From a virus (Duplodnaviria > Caudoviricetes), in IMG/VR virus record IMGVR_UViG_2923084042_000004, positions 1 through 64,000 of that record: a stretch of 64,000 nucleotides of DNA; one strand, written 5' to 3'. The notes beneath the pieces are model-generated. The model did not search any database. It saw nothing but the letters and a program-made list of their open reading frames with translations, and had not been told where the DNA came from. The position numbers and the translations under genes are program-made. Each line of letters begins with the position of its first letter. Within the stretch, counting starts at the first letter, position 1. Shown here piece by piece: positions 47,446 through 58,080 of the stretch.

Positions 47446-50400
47446 CCCTCCTGGCCGGTGTCTTTTGTTCGCGCATAATATAACGTCTTAATCCCTTTGT
47501 GGTGCGCGTATAAATCAATCCGGTTTAGATCGCGCGTCGTCATCGTATCTTTCAAGAACAGCGTAAACGAAATACCTTGGTCGACGTGCTGCTGAATCGT
47601 TGCGATCATATCGACGACCTTAAACATATCCATGTCGTACGCTTCCTTGTAGAAGAACCAATTCTGCGGCGATAACCCCGGCATAGGATAATACGTCTTC
47701 GAATTGCCATACGTACGCTCCTCAATGCGCTCCATAATCGGCATGACCGACGCTGTAGCCGACTGCACATACGAAATTGATCCCGTCGGCGCAATCGCAA
47801 GTCGGTACGAATGATAAAGTCCGTATTTGCGTACGCTGTCTTCCAGCCGAGCCCAATCGATCGGAGCCGGAATCTTCACGCCTTCAAATAGCTGCGCAAC
47901 CTTTTCCGTTTTAGGTCGGAAATCTCCCGCAACATATTTATCGAAGTAACTACCGTCTGCATACGTCGATCCCTCAAATCCCTCGTACGTGCTGCCGGTT
48001 TCTTTCGCTATTTCCATCGAACGTACGAGCGACCAATAATTCACCAGCGCGAAGAATACGTTAGCGAAATCGCGCGCTTCTTCTGATTCATATGCGATGC
48101 CATTCTGCGCTAAATAACCGTGCAAGTTCATCGCGCCGAGCCCAATCGAACGCATCTCACGGTTAGCTCTTGCGACGGCCGGCGCGTTCTTGATATTCGA
48201 AGTTTCCGAGACTCGCGTTAGAGCATCAACGGATAGCTTGACGATTTTTCCAAAGTCGCCGTTTTTCATTACGTTTGCAACGTTGAGCGATCCGAGGTTG
48301 CACGAAATATCGAGGCCGATTTCGTCCGGTTCGCCATAGTCGGTGTATTCGGATACCTGCGACGCTTGAAGCACTTCGCTACAGAGGTTCGAGAACTTAA
48401 CCTTCGAAATGTGATTGTTCGCGTGAGTCGCGTTAACGTTGCCTTCGAACATGATGTACGGATATCCCGATTCGAAGCGCAACATGGCGATCTTTTCGAG
48501 TAATTTCCGCGGGTTGATCTTTTCTTTACGGACCGCCGGATTGTCGACGAGCTTATCGTACATCTCTCCGATATCCATTTCGTCTAAGTGTTGGCCATAC
48601 GCTTTGTAAACGGTGTGCGGATAGAAAACGTAAGCCGGCCGATCTTCTCTCGCTAGTTCAATGAATTTATCCGGAATGACCACGCCGATTGATAACGTTT
48701 TAACGCGTACGTCTTCATCTGCCGAGATTTTCTTCGTATCCAAGAAATCGTTAATGTCCGCATGGAATACGTTAAGGTACGCCGCGCCGGAACCTTGTCT
48801 TTGCAGACCATTCGGACGTGTTCGCTAGGCACGCCCCGCCTTTCGGCTGCTTCGTGTTACCACGAAGATTAGACTATATCTTCGCCCACTTGGGGCGCCT
48901 CCCGTTTCGACCGCCAATCGCTTGCGGCCTACGCCTTTCGGCTAGTCGTTGCACGTTCAAGACGTTTGGTCTAGGTGTTTCCACCGCTGCCTACAACAAA
49001 TTTTATCTACGATAGATTTAGTCGCGTATGAGTGCTTAATTCGCACCTCATTAAGTGAGAGACCACTGTGGTAATCCGAAAGTATTTCTTGCGCTTGTTT
49101 CTCCGTAATTTTTGAAGCCCTATGATGTTCGCCCTTCCGCAAAAGACCGGTTCTAGAGGCATGTTGCGCATTTTCTTTCGGGGTTACCCATTCTAGATTT
49201 TTAATGTCGGCGTTTGCTTTGTTACCATCAATATGATTAACCATCGGTAAGTTCTTAGGGTTTGGGATGAAATGAAGCGCAACTAATCGATGAACATTTC
49301 TTTCGATGCGAACCTTATTACGGAAAAGAACAACTTTTAGATAGCCTGTTCCGTCAATTTTAGGTTTAACTTCAGTCATTGTTCTTAAATTAACAACGCG
49401 ACTATGATTAGTTATTCCGTATTCTGGTATACCAACTATTGGTCTTAGTTCTTCTCCATCTCGCAGTTCAAATGGTATCTTTGTTTTTCTAAGACCCATA
49501 CGTATAACTCGATGATTAATCGCTTCCCTAGACACTCCTAATATCTCACCGATCTCTCTAGCACTCATCTTGTGGTAATTTTCGCGAATAAAATCTTCGT
49601 CTATCTCTAATTTGTTGTGAGGTGTCCGCCTTGCTTCGCTCATGATTGTCCTCCTTTAGTAGTTTGTGGCCCTACCGCTTCGAGGAGTTCCCATGAATTA
49701 AAGAGGTTTTCGATCGCCATTGCTGACGAAAGGGGCCAATTTAACCCATCTGATCCGCATAACGGAACGCATTATCGAGCAGCTTCATAACGCCAACAAC
49801 GCCCTTCGTCGCGTTCTCTACGTCTTTGATCGCCTCGCCTTTCGCTCTGAGCTTCGATAAATTAAGCGACACGCCGCCGCCAAGCTTCGAGAGCTGCATC
49901 GAAACATCAATTGCGCGACTAATATCGTTAAGCGAATCGCCCACTTCGAGCAAGAAACACGAAACTAATTCGCCGCGTCGTTTACGGCCCGCATTCAAGA
50001 ACGTCGGCGTTGACGGCTGATATTCCTGGCGCATCATTAGATCGACGTACTCGAGCGCCTTGGCCACGTCTCCTTCCGCGAAGAACAACGCACAACAAGC
50101 GACCCGATCTTCGTAGCGTTCGAGAATCTTCTTCCCGTCGTTCGTCTTCAGCGCATAGTCGTTATAGAATTTGAACGCGCTCATGAACGAAGGGAATCGG
50201 AACTTGTGCGCATAAGCCGCTTTATAGACCGCCTTTATTTCCTCGAAAGTATAGGCGTCCAGGAATTCGGTTTCGTAGTAATCGTTATCGCGTAGGTAGT
50301 CGAGCTTTTCGCGAAGGTCGTGGAAAAATACGGTGTTTTGATTTACGTAGTCAATAAAATAAGCGCGGACGGCTTCGAGATCCTTTTCGAATTGGAACCG

Positions 50401-50457
50401 GCCGTCCTTCTGTAGCATAATTTCGTTATTAAGTTCGATATAATTCGTCAAGCGCAT
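47424..50457 (-). CDS. nrdE: Class Ib ribonucleotide reductase alpha subunit, split by an intron (exons 49744-~50451 and 47424-48803)
   Basis: Joined exons read YADQMG|QRQGSGAAYLNVFH; SNLCSE, APTGSIS, terminal CLSC. Confidence 0.95.
48804..49743 (-). mobile_element. Group I self-splicing intron in nrdE (940 nt)
   Basis: Exon ends in U, intron ends in G; P1 GGGT/GCCC; core elements GCAACGACTA and AAGATATAGTCT. Confidence 0.93.
48957..49643 (-). CDS. Intron-encoded HNH homing endonuclease (HTH + NUMOD4-like + HNH)
   Basis: VHRLVA..FIPNP...VNHIDGNK.N...NLEWVT; AAAGGAGG RBS. Confidence 0.9.
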   Translation of the reverse strand: MSEARRTPHNKLEIDEDFIRENYHKMSAREIGEILGVSREAINHRVIRMGLRKTKIPFELRDGEELRPIVGIPEYGITNHSRVVNLRTMTEVKPKIDGTGYLKVVLFRNKVRIERNVHRLVALHFIPNPKNLPMVNHIDGNKANADIKNLEWVTPKENAQHASRTGLLRKGEHHRASKITEKQAQEILSDYHSGLSLNEVRIKHSYATKSIVDKICCRQRWKHLDQTS

Positions 50458-50797
50458 TCACCCTTTCGATAAATTGTCGTACATCTGCGTCCGTTCCCGC
50501 TAATTCAAAGCGCCAGATCACCGGCACGCCGTATTGCGCCGCTATCAAATCCGCCGCCTTTGCGTAATTACCGCCCCAGTTGCGATTGCCCGATGCAGCC
50601 ACGCCCGCCAGATACGCGCCATTAGCCGCAAGGAAATCCGCAACCGGCCGCGCCACCTGACCGAAGCCGTACGTCCCAGTCACGCAAACGAACGGTTCGG
50701 ATAGCGTTATGTCAGGCGTGATCCCAACGGCGGGCAAGCCGGTCTTTGCGATGAATCGGCGTACGTTGCCGGTCCGCGAATAATAGGCGATTAGCAT
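50429..50797 (-). CDS. nrdI: Flavodoxin NrdI
   Basis: SRTGNVRRF, TYGFGQV, SGNRNWG, FELAG. Confidence 0.93.
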   Translation of the reverse strand: MLIAYYSRTGNVRRFIAKTGLPAVGITPDITLSEPFVCVTGTYGFGQVARPVADFLAANGAYLAGVAASGNRNWGGNYAKAADLIAAQYGVPVIWRFELAGTDADVRQFIERVNALDELYRT

Positions 50798-50954
50798 ACG
50801 GCGTCCGCCACCAAGACCGCGAGAGGAATCGCGACCAATAGAACGAATACGATCTTTGCCACCTTCGCGCTAACGCTCCCTCCGTTTTTACCTGATACGT
50901 CCGCACTTACTGCAAGCAAAAATAACGCGACCAAACATCCGATTGCTAAGTACG

Positions 50955-51149
50955 TCATCTAACCGACCCCTTCCGTCTCTCGATTTCTTCTTCCAGTGCC
51001 GCTATATTCGCAAGCCGCCGATCCCTTTCGATCCGCAACTCCATTAACTGCCGTTCATGCCGACTGATTTCGTAATCATCTTCGGCAAGTCCTTCGCGAT
51101 GAATCCGTAACATCTGCTGTAGCTGTGCGTCCGTCGCTGATCCCATCAT
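50955..51149 (-). CDS. Small coiled-coil hypothetical protein
   Basis: RBS, overlapping operon arrangement. Confidence 0.55.
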   Translation of the reverse strand: MMGSATDAQLQQMLRIHREGLAEDDYEISRHERQLMELRIERDRRLANIAALEEEIERRKGSVR

Positions 51150-51427
51150 TCGACCGGTCCCTCCGTTTCGCGCTTGGCGTCCGCCTGAATCCGCTTGTGA
51201 TTGCGATAAGGTTCAACGATCAGCCAGTTGATGAATTCGATGATTAACGATACTGCGAGAAGAAGTACGCCCAGTACGAAGATCACCCCAAACGTCGCGT
51301 TAGCAATCGGAAAAGTCGATAGCCAATTGACGAATGAGAAAAACCCTACGAAAATACCAATCAATATCGATAACGCAATTAAGCCAGATATGGACGCAAT
51401 TAGCCTTTCTTTAAACATTCTCATCAT
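51146..51427 (-). CDS. Two-TM membrane protein
   Basis: Hydrophobic helices, GAGGAGG RBS. Confidence 0.6.
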   Translation of the reverse strand: MMRMFKERLIASISGLIALSILIGIFVGFFSFVNWLSTFPIANATFGVIFVLGVLLLAVSLIIEFINWLIVEPYRNHKRIQADAKRETEGPVE

Positions 51428-51621
51428 TCCGCCTCCTCGATAGCCACGTTATCATCGATTCGGTCGACGGTTTTGGTGACATAAAAGATCGAATAGCCCT
51501 CGTGTCTAAGTGAGTTAACAAGGCTCTCTGCATCGATTTCGGAGCCGCAACGAAGAATTTTAGCATCCTCGTAACTAAACCCCTCCGTTTTACCGGCGAT
51601 TAAAAAATATCCTTGATCCAT
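51424..51621 (-). CDS. Hypothetical protein
   Basis: AAGGAGG RBS. Confidence 0.55.
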   Translation of the reverse strand: MDQGYFLIAGKTEGFSYEDAKILRCGSEIDAESLVNSLRHEGYSIFYVTKTVDRIDDNVAIEEAE

Positions 51622-52158
51622 CTATTCGTCCTCCTTCGGTTTATCTATTACGCCTTCACGAATCAGATACGAAAGCCCAATCGCCGCCGCGTCCGATTCA
51701 TCATCCGTACGAAACATAAAGTCATCTGATAGCGCAAGCATACGCCGCACGCCTGCCTCTACTTCGTCCTTTGATGCGCTGCCTTTTCCGGTCACATCCC
51801 GCTTAACTGCGGTCGGCTGTATCTCAACGTCCGCCTTGTATCCGTATTTACCAAGCGCCATATCAATGACCGCCCATGCTCCGAACACTGTTTGCGTCGC
51901 CCTCTTATTTCGCCCGCCCGTGAAATGTTCGCGGACAACCACGTCAAACGGTCCATATTCGTGTAGAACCATCGTCGTTGCGGCTTCGATGTAAGAGTAC
52001 CGATGGCTGTCCGGCGATTGGCTTGTCGTGCTGACAGACGTTACGTGAACGAGGTTGATACGCGGTCCAGACTTTAGGCGCTTAACTTCGAAGACTGCGA
52101 AGCCTGGATTCGTTGATATGTCTAACGCAAGGATGCGGATGGGCTTGACGCTACTCAT
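51622..52158 (-). CDS. RuvC-like Holliday junction resolvase
   Basis: ILALDIS..PG, VVRE, VK..VTGKG.ASK, DDESDAAAI. Confidence 0.88.
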   Translation of the reverse strand: MSSVKPIRILALDISTNPGFAVFEVKRLKSGPRINLVHVTSVSTTSQSPDSHRYSYIEAATTMVLHEYGPFDVVVREHFTGGRNKRATQTVFGAWAVIDMALGKYGYKADVEIQPTAVKRDVTGKGSASKDEVEAGVRRMLALSDDFMFRTDDESDAAAIGLSYLIREGVIDKPKEDE

Positions 52159-52370
52159 CGGAGCTCCTTATAAGCAACTACTAACACTCTCTCGCGAATT
52201 CCACCGTAGCCACCTGAGCCTTCAAACTCTCCATAAACTACACTTTTGTGATCCCGCACTGTAACAATCAATCCTTCAGCTGTACATTCGTCAATAAACT
52301 TTTGTAAGTTTTTATTGAAATTTTCAAAACAGCCCCCTATAACTTTCGCTTTAGCAACTGTCCTCATCAA
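52155..52370 (-). CDS. Hypothetical protein
   Basis: RBS, coupled to neighbours. Confidence 0.5.
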   Translation of the reverse strand: MMRTVAKAKVIGGCFENFNKNLQKFIDECTAEGLIVTVRDHKSVVYGEFEGSGGYGGIRERVLVVAYKELR

Positions 52371-53425
52371 ACCGCCTCCCCTTTGCGTACTTTTTCGATA
52401 AACTCTAACGCCCCGGCGTACTGTTGCTTAGTAGACGGGTACACATTCGATCGCATGACCCGTGAAACTTTATCGCGTACGTCCTCCAGTTCTGCGTCCG
52501 TAAGCGATTTCGCACATTCCGTTTTATATCCGTTAAATGTCCATCCGTTAAGGTCGAGCTCCGGCGGCTTTCCTGCGTTGATAGATGCTTGGATATCTGC
52601 GAATCTATCAAGAACGGAATTAATCTCGGACTCTCCGATCTCTAATCCGAAAGCGCGAATATCCGGTGACTTTTCGAACTCACCTTCGTCATATTCCCAC
52701 GCTTTCTTCGAACCATTAACGTAAAGGATTACGTAAAGATCAACGTCATACATAACCGCGTATGAGTAGCATTGTTTTACGTGCTTTTCGTCCGGCTTTT
52801 TCAGCGAGTAATAAGACGTCCGCGCCGCGCTGGTTTGCTTCGACTTGATTTCGAGGCCGACTCGTAAGACCTCTCCGTCCTCCGTTACATAGCGCATGAT
52901 CCCGTCACATGTTCCGAAAAGGTGAAACGACTGTCCATTATGCGTTACTAAGTGATTCTTTTTCGCGAAGTCCTCAAACATCGGCGTGCCGTCCTTGTTA
53001 CGCTCAAAACTAAACGGACACGGTCGTCCGACTAACTTTTCGAAATGTTTTTCCATGAATAAAATATCGCGTTGAATAACGTCCCCAATTGCGGTACCGA
53101 TTCGTTGCCAGCGTCCTTGATATGGCGGTATCTTGAATTTATCTTTCTTTCCGTACTTTGCTTTATGGTATAATTCGCGAGCACATGCGTTAGCAGACGA
53201 AGGTGAGAAATACGGAAACTTCGGTTTGATATTCGGAGCGTCTGCGTACCATCGGTGTATCTGCGCATCCAAGGCGTTATCCCACGTTTCCGGAAGCGAG
53301 TGCCATTCGTTTAAATATTCGATGAGTTCATCCGCAATCTGCTGCGCGTATGTGGTCGGCTCGGGCGCCGGCGCTAATTGGGCGCGCAGTGAATTTGCGG
53401 CTGATCGTGCGTTTGCGTTCGTCAA
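52367..53425 (-). CDS. PD-(D/E)XK exonuclease (Cas4/RecB-like fold)
   Basis: FSPS..N.C.R, GTCDG...LEIKS, Q...Y motifs. Confidence 0.8.
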   Translation of the reverse strand: MTNANARSAANSLRAQLAPAPEPTTYAQQIADELIEYLNEWHSLPETWDNALDAQIHRWYADAPNIKPKFPYFSPSSANACARELYHKAKYGKKDKFKIPPYQGRWQRIGTAIGDVIQRDILFMEKHFEKLVGRPCPFSFERNKDGTPMFEDFAKKNHLVTHNGQSFHLFGTCDGIMRYVTEDGEVLRVGLEIKSKQTSAARTSYYSLKKPDEKHVKQCYSYAVMYDVDLYVILYVNGSKKAWEYDEGEFEKSPDIRAFGLEIGESEINSVLDRFADIQASINAGKPPELDLNGWTFNGYKTECAKSLTDAELEDVRDKVSRVMRSNVYPSTKQQYAGALEFIEKVRKGEAV

Positions 53426-55711
53426 TTAATCGTCCCCTTTCGTTTTAAACCATTCTTCTAAGGGCACACCTTCGCCCCATTTGCGCATGACTTCGATATC
53501 CGTTCCGTTCGGCACAACGTCACCCCATCGGTAAGAATTAAGCATGATATCGCGAATTTCTTGCGCTTCTTCCCACGTAAAATCTTCCGGAACTTCGAAA
53601 ATTAGTTCGTCATGCACCGTTGACCACAGCGCCCATCCCGGTTTGTTAGCGCAATACTCGTGCGCTTTAATCATCGTGACTTTCGTTTGAATAGACGACG
53701 ATCCCTGCACGCGGGCATTTGTCGCTTGGCGTAAAGCGCGATTAATTCGAGAGTTGTGTTTCCTTGCGGCATCGTATTTCGGATCATTCCATTTTCCATA
53801 CGGAATGTTTTTGCGTGGTAGTTTAGCGTCGGGAAGCCGACGTTTTCGCGCTTTTAGATCTGCCCAAACATATCCGTTCTTTTTCACAAATTCTTCGTTT
53901 TCTTTCAGCCACGCAGATAACTTCGGCATACTTCCGAATAGCTCTTCTTTGAACTCGGTCGCCTCTTTTTTATTAACGCCTAGCATATCCGCGAGAGAAT
54001 AATCACTCATACCGTACAGCGTCGCTAACCATACGACTTTCATCTGCTTACGCTCTTTCGTGTCAGATCCGTCAGGTTTTTTATAGACTTCCTCATACGG
54101 CCGCTTATAGAAGTTGGATGCCATCATTGCGTATGGATCGCGTTCTTCTAAAAACGCGTTTATTAGTACTGGCTCGCCTGATAAGTACGCCACGCATCGT
54201 ATTTCCTGCGCTTTAAAGTCGGCGCCCATTAGCACCTTTCCGGGAGGAGGACGGAACATTGGACGTGCTTCTTGTGGCTGGTTCTGTACGTTAAAACCTT
54301 GTTCCGTCTTGTCTTCTTCGTCTTTACCGGAACTGAATCGACCCGTCACAGTTCCCATAGGATTGAAACGGGAATGCCAACGCTCAGTTGTCGGATTCTG
54401 CTTCGTCGGCAGCGTATCGATATACGTTCCGCTCAGTTTAACGATATTCTTATACTCTAGGAGTTTCGCAATGACATTGTAGTCGTCTTTCAGCGGCTTG
54501 AGTGTTTTCTTCGCGTCCATATTCGGTAGCTCCTTGCCGATTGCCTTAGAAAGTGCGGGGCGCATCTGCTGTGTCGAGTTTAGATTTATCGGTTCGTCTC
54601 CTTCATGAAACGGCGCCAACTCTGCGACCAATTCCCGGCGCAACTCTTCTGCGCGCCTATGCAACTTTTCCCCGTATTCTTTCGCGAAATCCAAGTCGAG
54701 GATATAGCCGTTAGCTTCTAAGTCCACGATTACGTACAGCATCGGAACTTCAACGGTTTGGTAATATTCTAGAATCGTAGGCATTTTCGCCATGTGGTGA
54801 CGTTGAAATTCGTATAGCTTCCACGTTAATTCGGTATCCTTCGCAGCGTAAACTAGCGCTATATCTAAAGGGACTTCTTTAAATTGCGCATTCCTGCCGA
54901 ACAAAGCATCGAAAGTATCTGCCGGTGTTTTTAAATATTTAGGCGCCAGGTCTTTCAATTTAAACGAGCCTGCTCCGCCTAAAGAACGGTCACGCTCGTT
55001 TTCGTTCAGCAAATGCATCGCTATCTGCGTATCCCAAACGACGCCTTTAAGATCGAATCCATGCCGCCGAAGCATCGCAATATCGAATATCGCGTTGTGT
55101 AGTACCTTTCCGATTGATTCGTCGTTAAATACAGGCGCCAGACCTTCGAGTACGTATTCGCGACTTAGCTGCTCGCAGTCAACGTGATCCACCGGTATAT
55201 AAACGTGCCAGTCAGCGTTTGGTAACGTCAGCGAAAGCCCGACGATTACGTCCGTATAAACATCTACGCCAGTTGTCTCGGTATCAACTGCGATTATTGT
55301 TTCGTTACCCAACGCATCGATCAGCGCCTGAAATCGTTCCTCAGTCGTAATTAATGCGTAATTATCCGGCGTATTCTCGACCATCTGCCGCAAGGTTTCT
55401 TCGCGCTGGGCTTCCTGTAGCGTCTTCCAAAGCCGGAGCGCCTCCGCCTTGCTGAACGCTTTAGGGTTGCCGGCCTTATTAACGCAGTCAGCCGGATCGC
55501 GCGCTAGTTTGCCCGCATCCATAGCCGCCTTGACTTCGGTTAGCCGTTTGCGGTCAGCATCCGATAGCTTCATCGCGAATATCTTGCGCCAGCTTTCCTC
55601 GATCGGCTCGGCGGTTTTGGCTTTCGCCTTCCGCTTGGCCGTCGCCTGGACGGCGTCCGTTTTCGGTGCCGCCGACTTAAGCGCGTTCAAGTTTAACCGT
55701 AAGCCTTCCAT
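53426..55711 (-). CDS. Family A DNA polymerase with 3'-5' exonuclease
   Basis: DTETTG, HNAIFD, TGRFSS, ADFKAQEIR, YG, VHDE. Confidence 0.95.
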   Translation of the reverse strand: MEGLRLNLNALKSAAPKTDAVQATAKRKAKAKTAEPIEESWRKIFAMKLSDADRKRLTEVKAAMDAGKLARDPADCVNKAGNPKAFSKAEALRLWKTLQEAQREETLRQMVENTPDNYALITTEERFQALIDALGNETIIAVDTETTGVDVYTDVIVGLSLTLPNADWHVYIPVDHVDCEQLSREYVLEGLAPVFNDESIGKVLHNAIFDIAMLRRHGFDLKGVVWDTQIAMHLLNENERDRSLGGAGSFKLKDLAPKYLKTPADTFDALFGRNAQFKEVPLDIALVYAAKDTELTWKLYEFQRHHMAKMPTILEYYQTVEVPMLYVIVDLEANGYILDLDFAKEYGEKLHRRAEELRRELVAELAPFHEGDEPINLNSTQQMRPALSKAIGKELPNMDAKKTLKPLKDDYNVIAKLLEYKNIVKLSGTYIDTLPTKQNPTTERWHSRFNPMGTVTGRFSSGKDEEDKTEQGFNVQNQPQEARPMFRPPPGKVLMGADFKAQEIRCVAYLSGEPVLINAFLEERDPYAMMASNFYKRPYEEVYKKPDGSDTKERKQMKVVWLATLYGMSDYSLADMLGVNKKEATEFKEELFGSMPKLSAWLKENEEFVKKNGYVWADLKARKRRLPDAKLPRKNIPYGKWNDPKYDAARKHNSRINRALRQATNARVQGSSSIQTKVTMIKAHEYCANKPGWALWSTVHDELIFEVPEDFTWEEAQEIRDIMLNSYRWGDVVPNGTDIEVMRKWGEGVPLEEWFKTKGDD

Positions 55712-56063
55712 CCGTCGTCCTCCTTCCTCGCGAAGTAATTGCGGGTTACTTTTCGTTATTGCCTTCGTAAATTAAGTAAAATCCGTTCAATAGAAGAAGC
55801 ATCACGTTCGTCGCAACTAACGGCCAATTTCCGTCGATTATCCAAAAGACGAGACATATCGTGAATATCACATTCGTCGCGTAGCACAGCGTCCTCATAA
55901 ATCGACCGCCTCCGCCCATCTTCGTTTATACTCCGGTTCGTTTGCCGCATACCACTCCGACCAACACGTCGCATCGCACGCATATACCTCGAAGAGCGAA
56001 TCGTAAATGGCGGATCGCCCTTCGTAGAGGTTAGCGTTGCAATTGGCGCAGACGGCGGCCGGC

Positions 56064-57329
56064 TTAGAGGTCAAAGCGCGCCTCGACTGGCGTAATGAGC
56101 GTTAAATCGCGACTATACTCGGACGTAGTTCCGTATTCAGCGTGCAAATGCTTGAATCCGTAAGTGTTGCCGACTATATGTTCGGTAATCTCACCGAAGA
56201 AAATACCGCCACTTCTGAGTGTTAGTTTTACGAAATCGCCTTTCTTATACTCGCCAACCTCGCGTCCGATTTCCGCCCATTTCTTAAGTTCGGCGGCTTC
56301 CTCTTCGGATAAAATTTCGAGTTGATCCGGCGTTGCAAATCCATATACTTCGCGTGAATCGCCACCTTCGATCGCAATACGTCTTCCCAACCGATGGTTG
56401 AAGTTGATATTGGCAACCTCGTAAATCTTACCGTTCTCGAAACCGTTAAGAGGGTATTTTTCGCCGCCCGATTTCAGTCGAACCTTTGCGCCTTCTTTAA
56501 ATTTCGCTAATTCTGCCGCGCGTTTAGCTTCGGTAACTTCTTCGTCAGTAGCGCGGACGAGTTCGTATTCGTGAAACCATCCTGCACTATTTCCGTTTAA
56601 GTGTTCGGATAAGAACGGGGCTGCCGATTTATCATCCTCGATGATTCTTACGATATCACCGCGTTTAGATACACCATTGCTAACGTCGACCACCTTCGCA
56701 TAATCACCGACCTTCAGACGCTCAGGCTTCGGCTCGGCCTCTACGCTTGAGGCGCTGACTTTGCGGTAGACTTCGTACGTGTCATCCGATTGAGCATAAT
56801 TCTCTTGGTCAATATCGTCAGTGAACACCGGATCGCCATCGCAATCAATCGCTTCAATTTCGTACAGCTTTCCAATTGTTATATCCTCGTCGTCAGTCTC
56901 GATAAACTTTACGTAATCGCCCACCTGCGCTTCGCTTTTGGCGATACGCTCATATTCCGCTTCACCCTTCAACGCAGCCACGTCGGTTTTTAACGATTCG
57001 ATTTCGCCCTCCGCCTTTGCTACGCGTTCTTCTACGGTCGGATTGGTGCTGGCGGCGACTTTGCGGAATATTTTAAGACAATGCTTATATGACGATGCTT
57101 CGCAAGTGTTTCCGTCCATACCGACAATTTGATCGAAAGTGCCGGATCTCGTGTAAGTCACAACGAAAAACTCTCCGACATTTTGGGCGCCCCACGCTTC
57201 CTTAACGAGTACAATATCGCCCTTCTGCGCCTCGCCTTCCACGCGTTCGTATTCCGTACCACAATACGCAACCTTCGTAATTTCACCGTTCACCATATCG
57301 AGAGTCTTAACGCCTTCTAATTTCGCCAT
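56064..57329 (-). CDS. Hypothetical protein with repeated SH3-like beta modules
   Basis: MAKLEGVK start after AAGGAGG; repeated (A/L)xVGDYVK modules. Confidence 0.65.
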   Translation of the reverse strand: MAKLEGVKTLDMVNGEITKVAYCGTEYERVEGEAQKGDIVLVKEAWGAQNVGEFFVVTYTRSGTFDQIVGMDGNTCEASSYKHCLKIFRKVAASTNPTVEERVAKAEGEIESLKTDVAALKGEAEYERIAKSEAQVGDYVKFIETDDEDITIGKLYEIEAIDCDGDPVFTDDIDQENYAQSDDTYEVYRKVSASSVEAEPKPERLKVGDYAKVVDVSNGVSKRGDIVRIIEDDKSAAPFLSEHLNGNSAGWFHEYELVRATDEEVTEAKRAAELAKFKEGAKVRLKSGGEKYPLNGFENGKIYEVANINFNHRLGRRIAIEGGDSREVYGFATPDQLEILSEEEAAELKKWAEIGREVGEYKKGDFVKLTLRSGGIFFGEITEHIVGNTYGFKHLHAEYGTTSEYSRDLTLITPVEARFDL

Positions 57330-57342
57330 CCGTTCGTCCTCC

Positions 57343-57615
57343 TTATTCGAACCAGCAAACAATGGCCGGCTCTTCATATTTAAAATCCGCAAGGAATTCC
57401 GCGTATGTCATGTATTCAAATCCACCCGTTTCCGTCTCGAATTTCTCGACGGTGTCCGTATCAATCTCGGAAACTTCCGGCACTTCATCCACCGAATAGT
57501 GATTCGGCTCGACTAAGCTTAGCTGATGCGCCAGTGCTTGCTCCTCTGTTTCAGCGGCAATAATGTCGTAATCACCGTTTAAGCCGACTTTGAACAGTTT
57601 ATATTCCGCCATCAT
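57343..57615 (-). CDS. Acidic hypothetical protein
   Basis: GGAGG RBS. Confidence 0.6.
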   Translation of the reverse strand: MMAEYKLFKVGLNGDYDIIAAETEEQALAHQLSLVEPNHYSVDEVPEVSEIDTDTVEKFETETGGFEYMTYAEFLADFKYEEPAIVCWFE

Positions 57616-58046
57616 ACCGCCTCCGCTTCCGTTTTTTCTTCGTACATATTTCGGTTGAGTGACAACGGCAGTTCAACCCACCGTTTGCTCGCCTGTATCG
57701 TAGATTTCGCCCAATATTCGCGCTGATTCGGTTCGTTCTCAAACATCCAGACGCGAGGGGGTTCGCCAGGATCGCCCAATACGCCAACAAAATAATCAAC
57801 GTCGGACCGATCGTAGCACTGCCCCCTTCCGTTAGTCGTATAGAGAACGAGCTCGTTATTGCGATCGTGTCTGCGCCGGAACGTTTTCACCTGAACTTTA
57901 TACTCTTTGCCGGTAATAGGATCTTCCGCCTTAAAGTCGTATGGCTGAGCAAGTTGCGGACGGGAAACCGCAAAACCGTTCGCAAGCAGTGCCAGTTCTG
58001 CGACAACCTCCGAATACTTGCCGACAACTTCGGTTAAATGCGCCAT
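57612..58046 (-). CDS. PD-(D/E)XK endonuclease
   Basis: G..SE, PYDF, KVQVKT, VDYF pattern. Confidence 0.75.
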   Translation of the reverse strand: MAHLTEVVGKYSEVVAELALLANGFAVSRPQLAQPYDFKAEDPITGKEYKVQVKTFRRRHDRNNELVLYTTNGRGQCYDRSDVDYFVGVLGDPGEPPRVWMFENEPNQREYWAKSTIQASKRWVELPLSLNRNMYEEKTEAEAV

Positions 58047-58080
58047 CTAAGCGCCTCCTTTTCGTTTGGTTGATACGTGA

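Noticed and set aside
47424-48743. nrdE as two separate genes, a pseudogene or intein-containing
   Set aside because: Explained by a group I intron with exact splice junctions; the joined length leaves no room for an intein.
52367-53425. Cas4 as evidence of a CRISPR system
   Set aside because: It sits in the replication operon next to the polymerase with no array; typical phage exonuclease.
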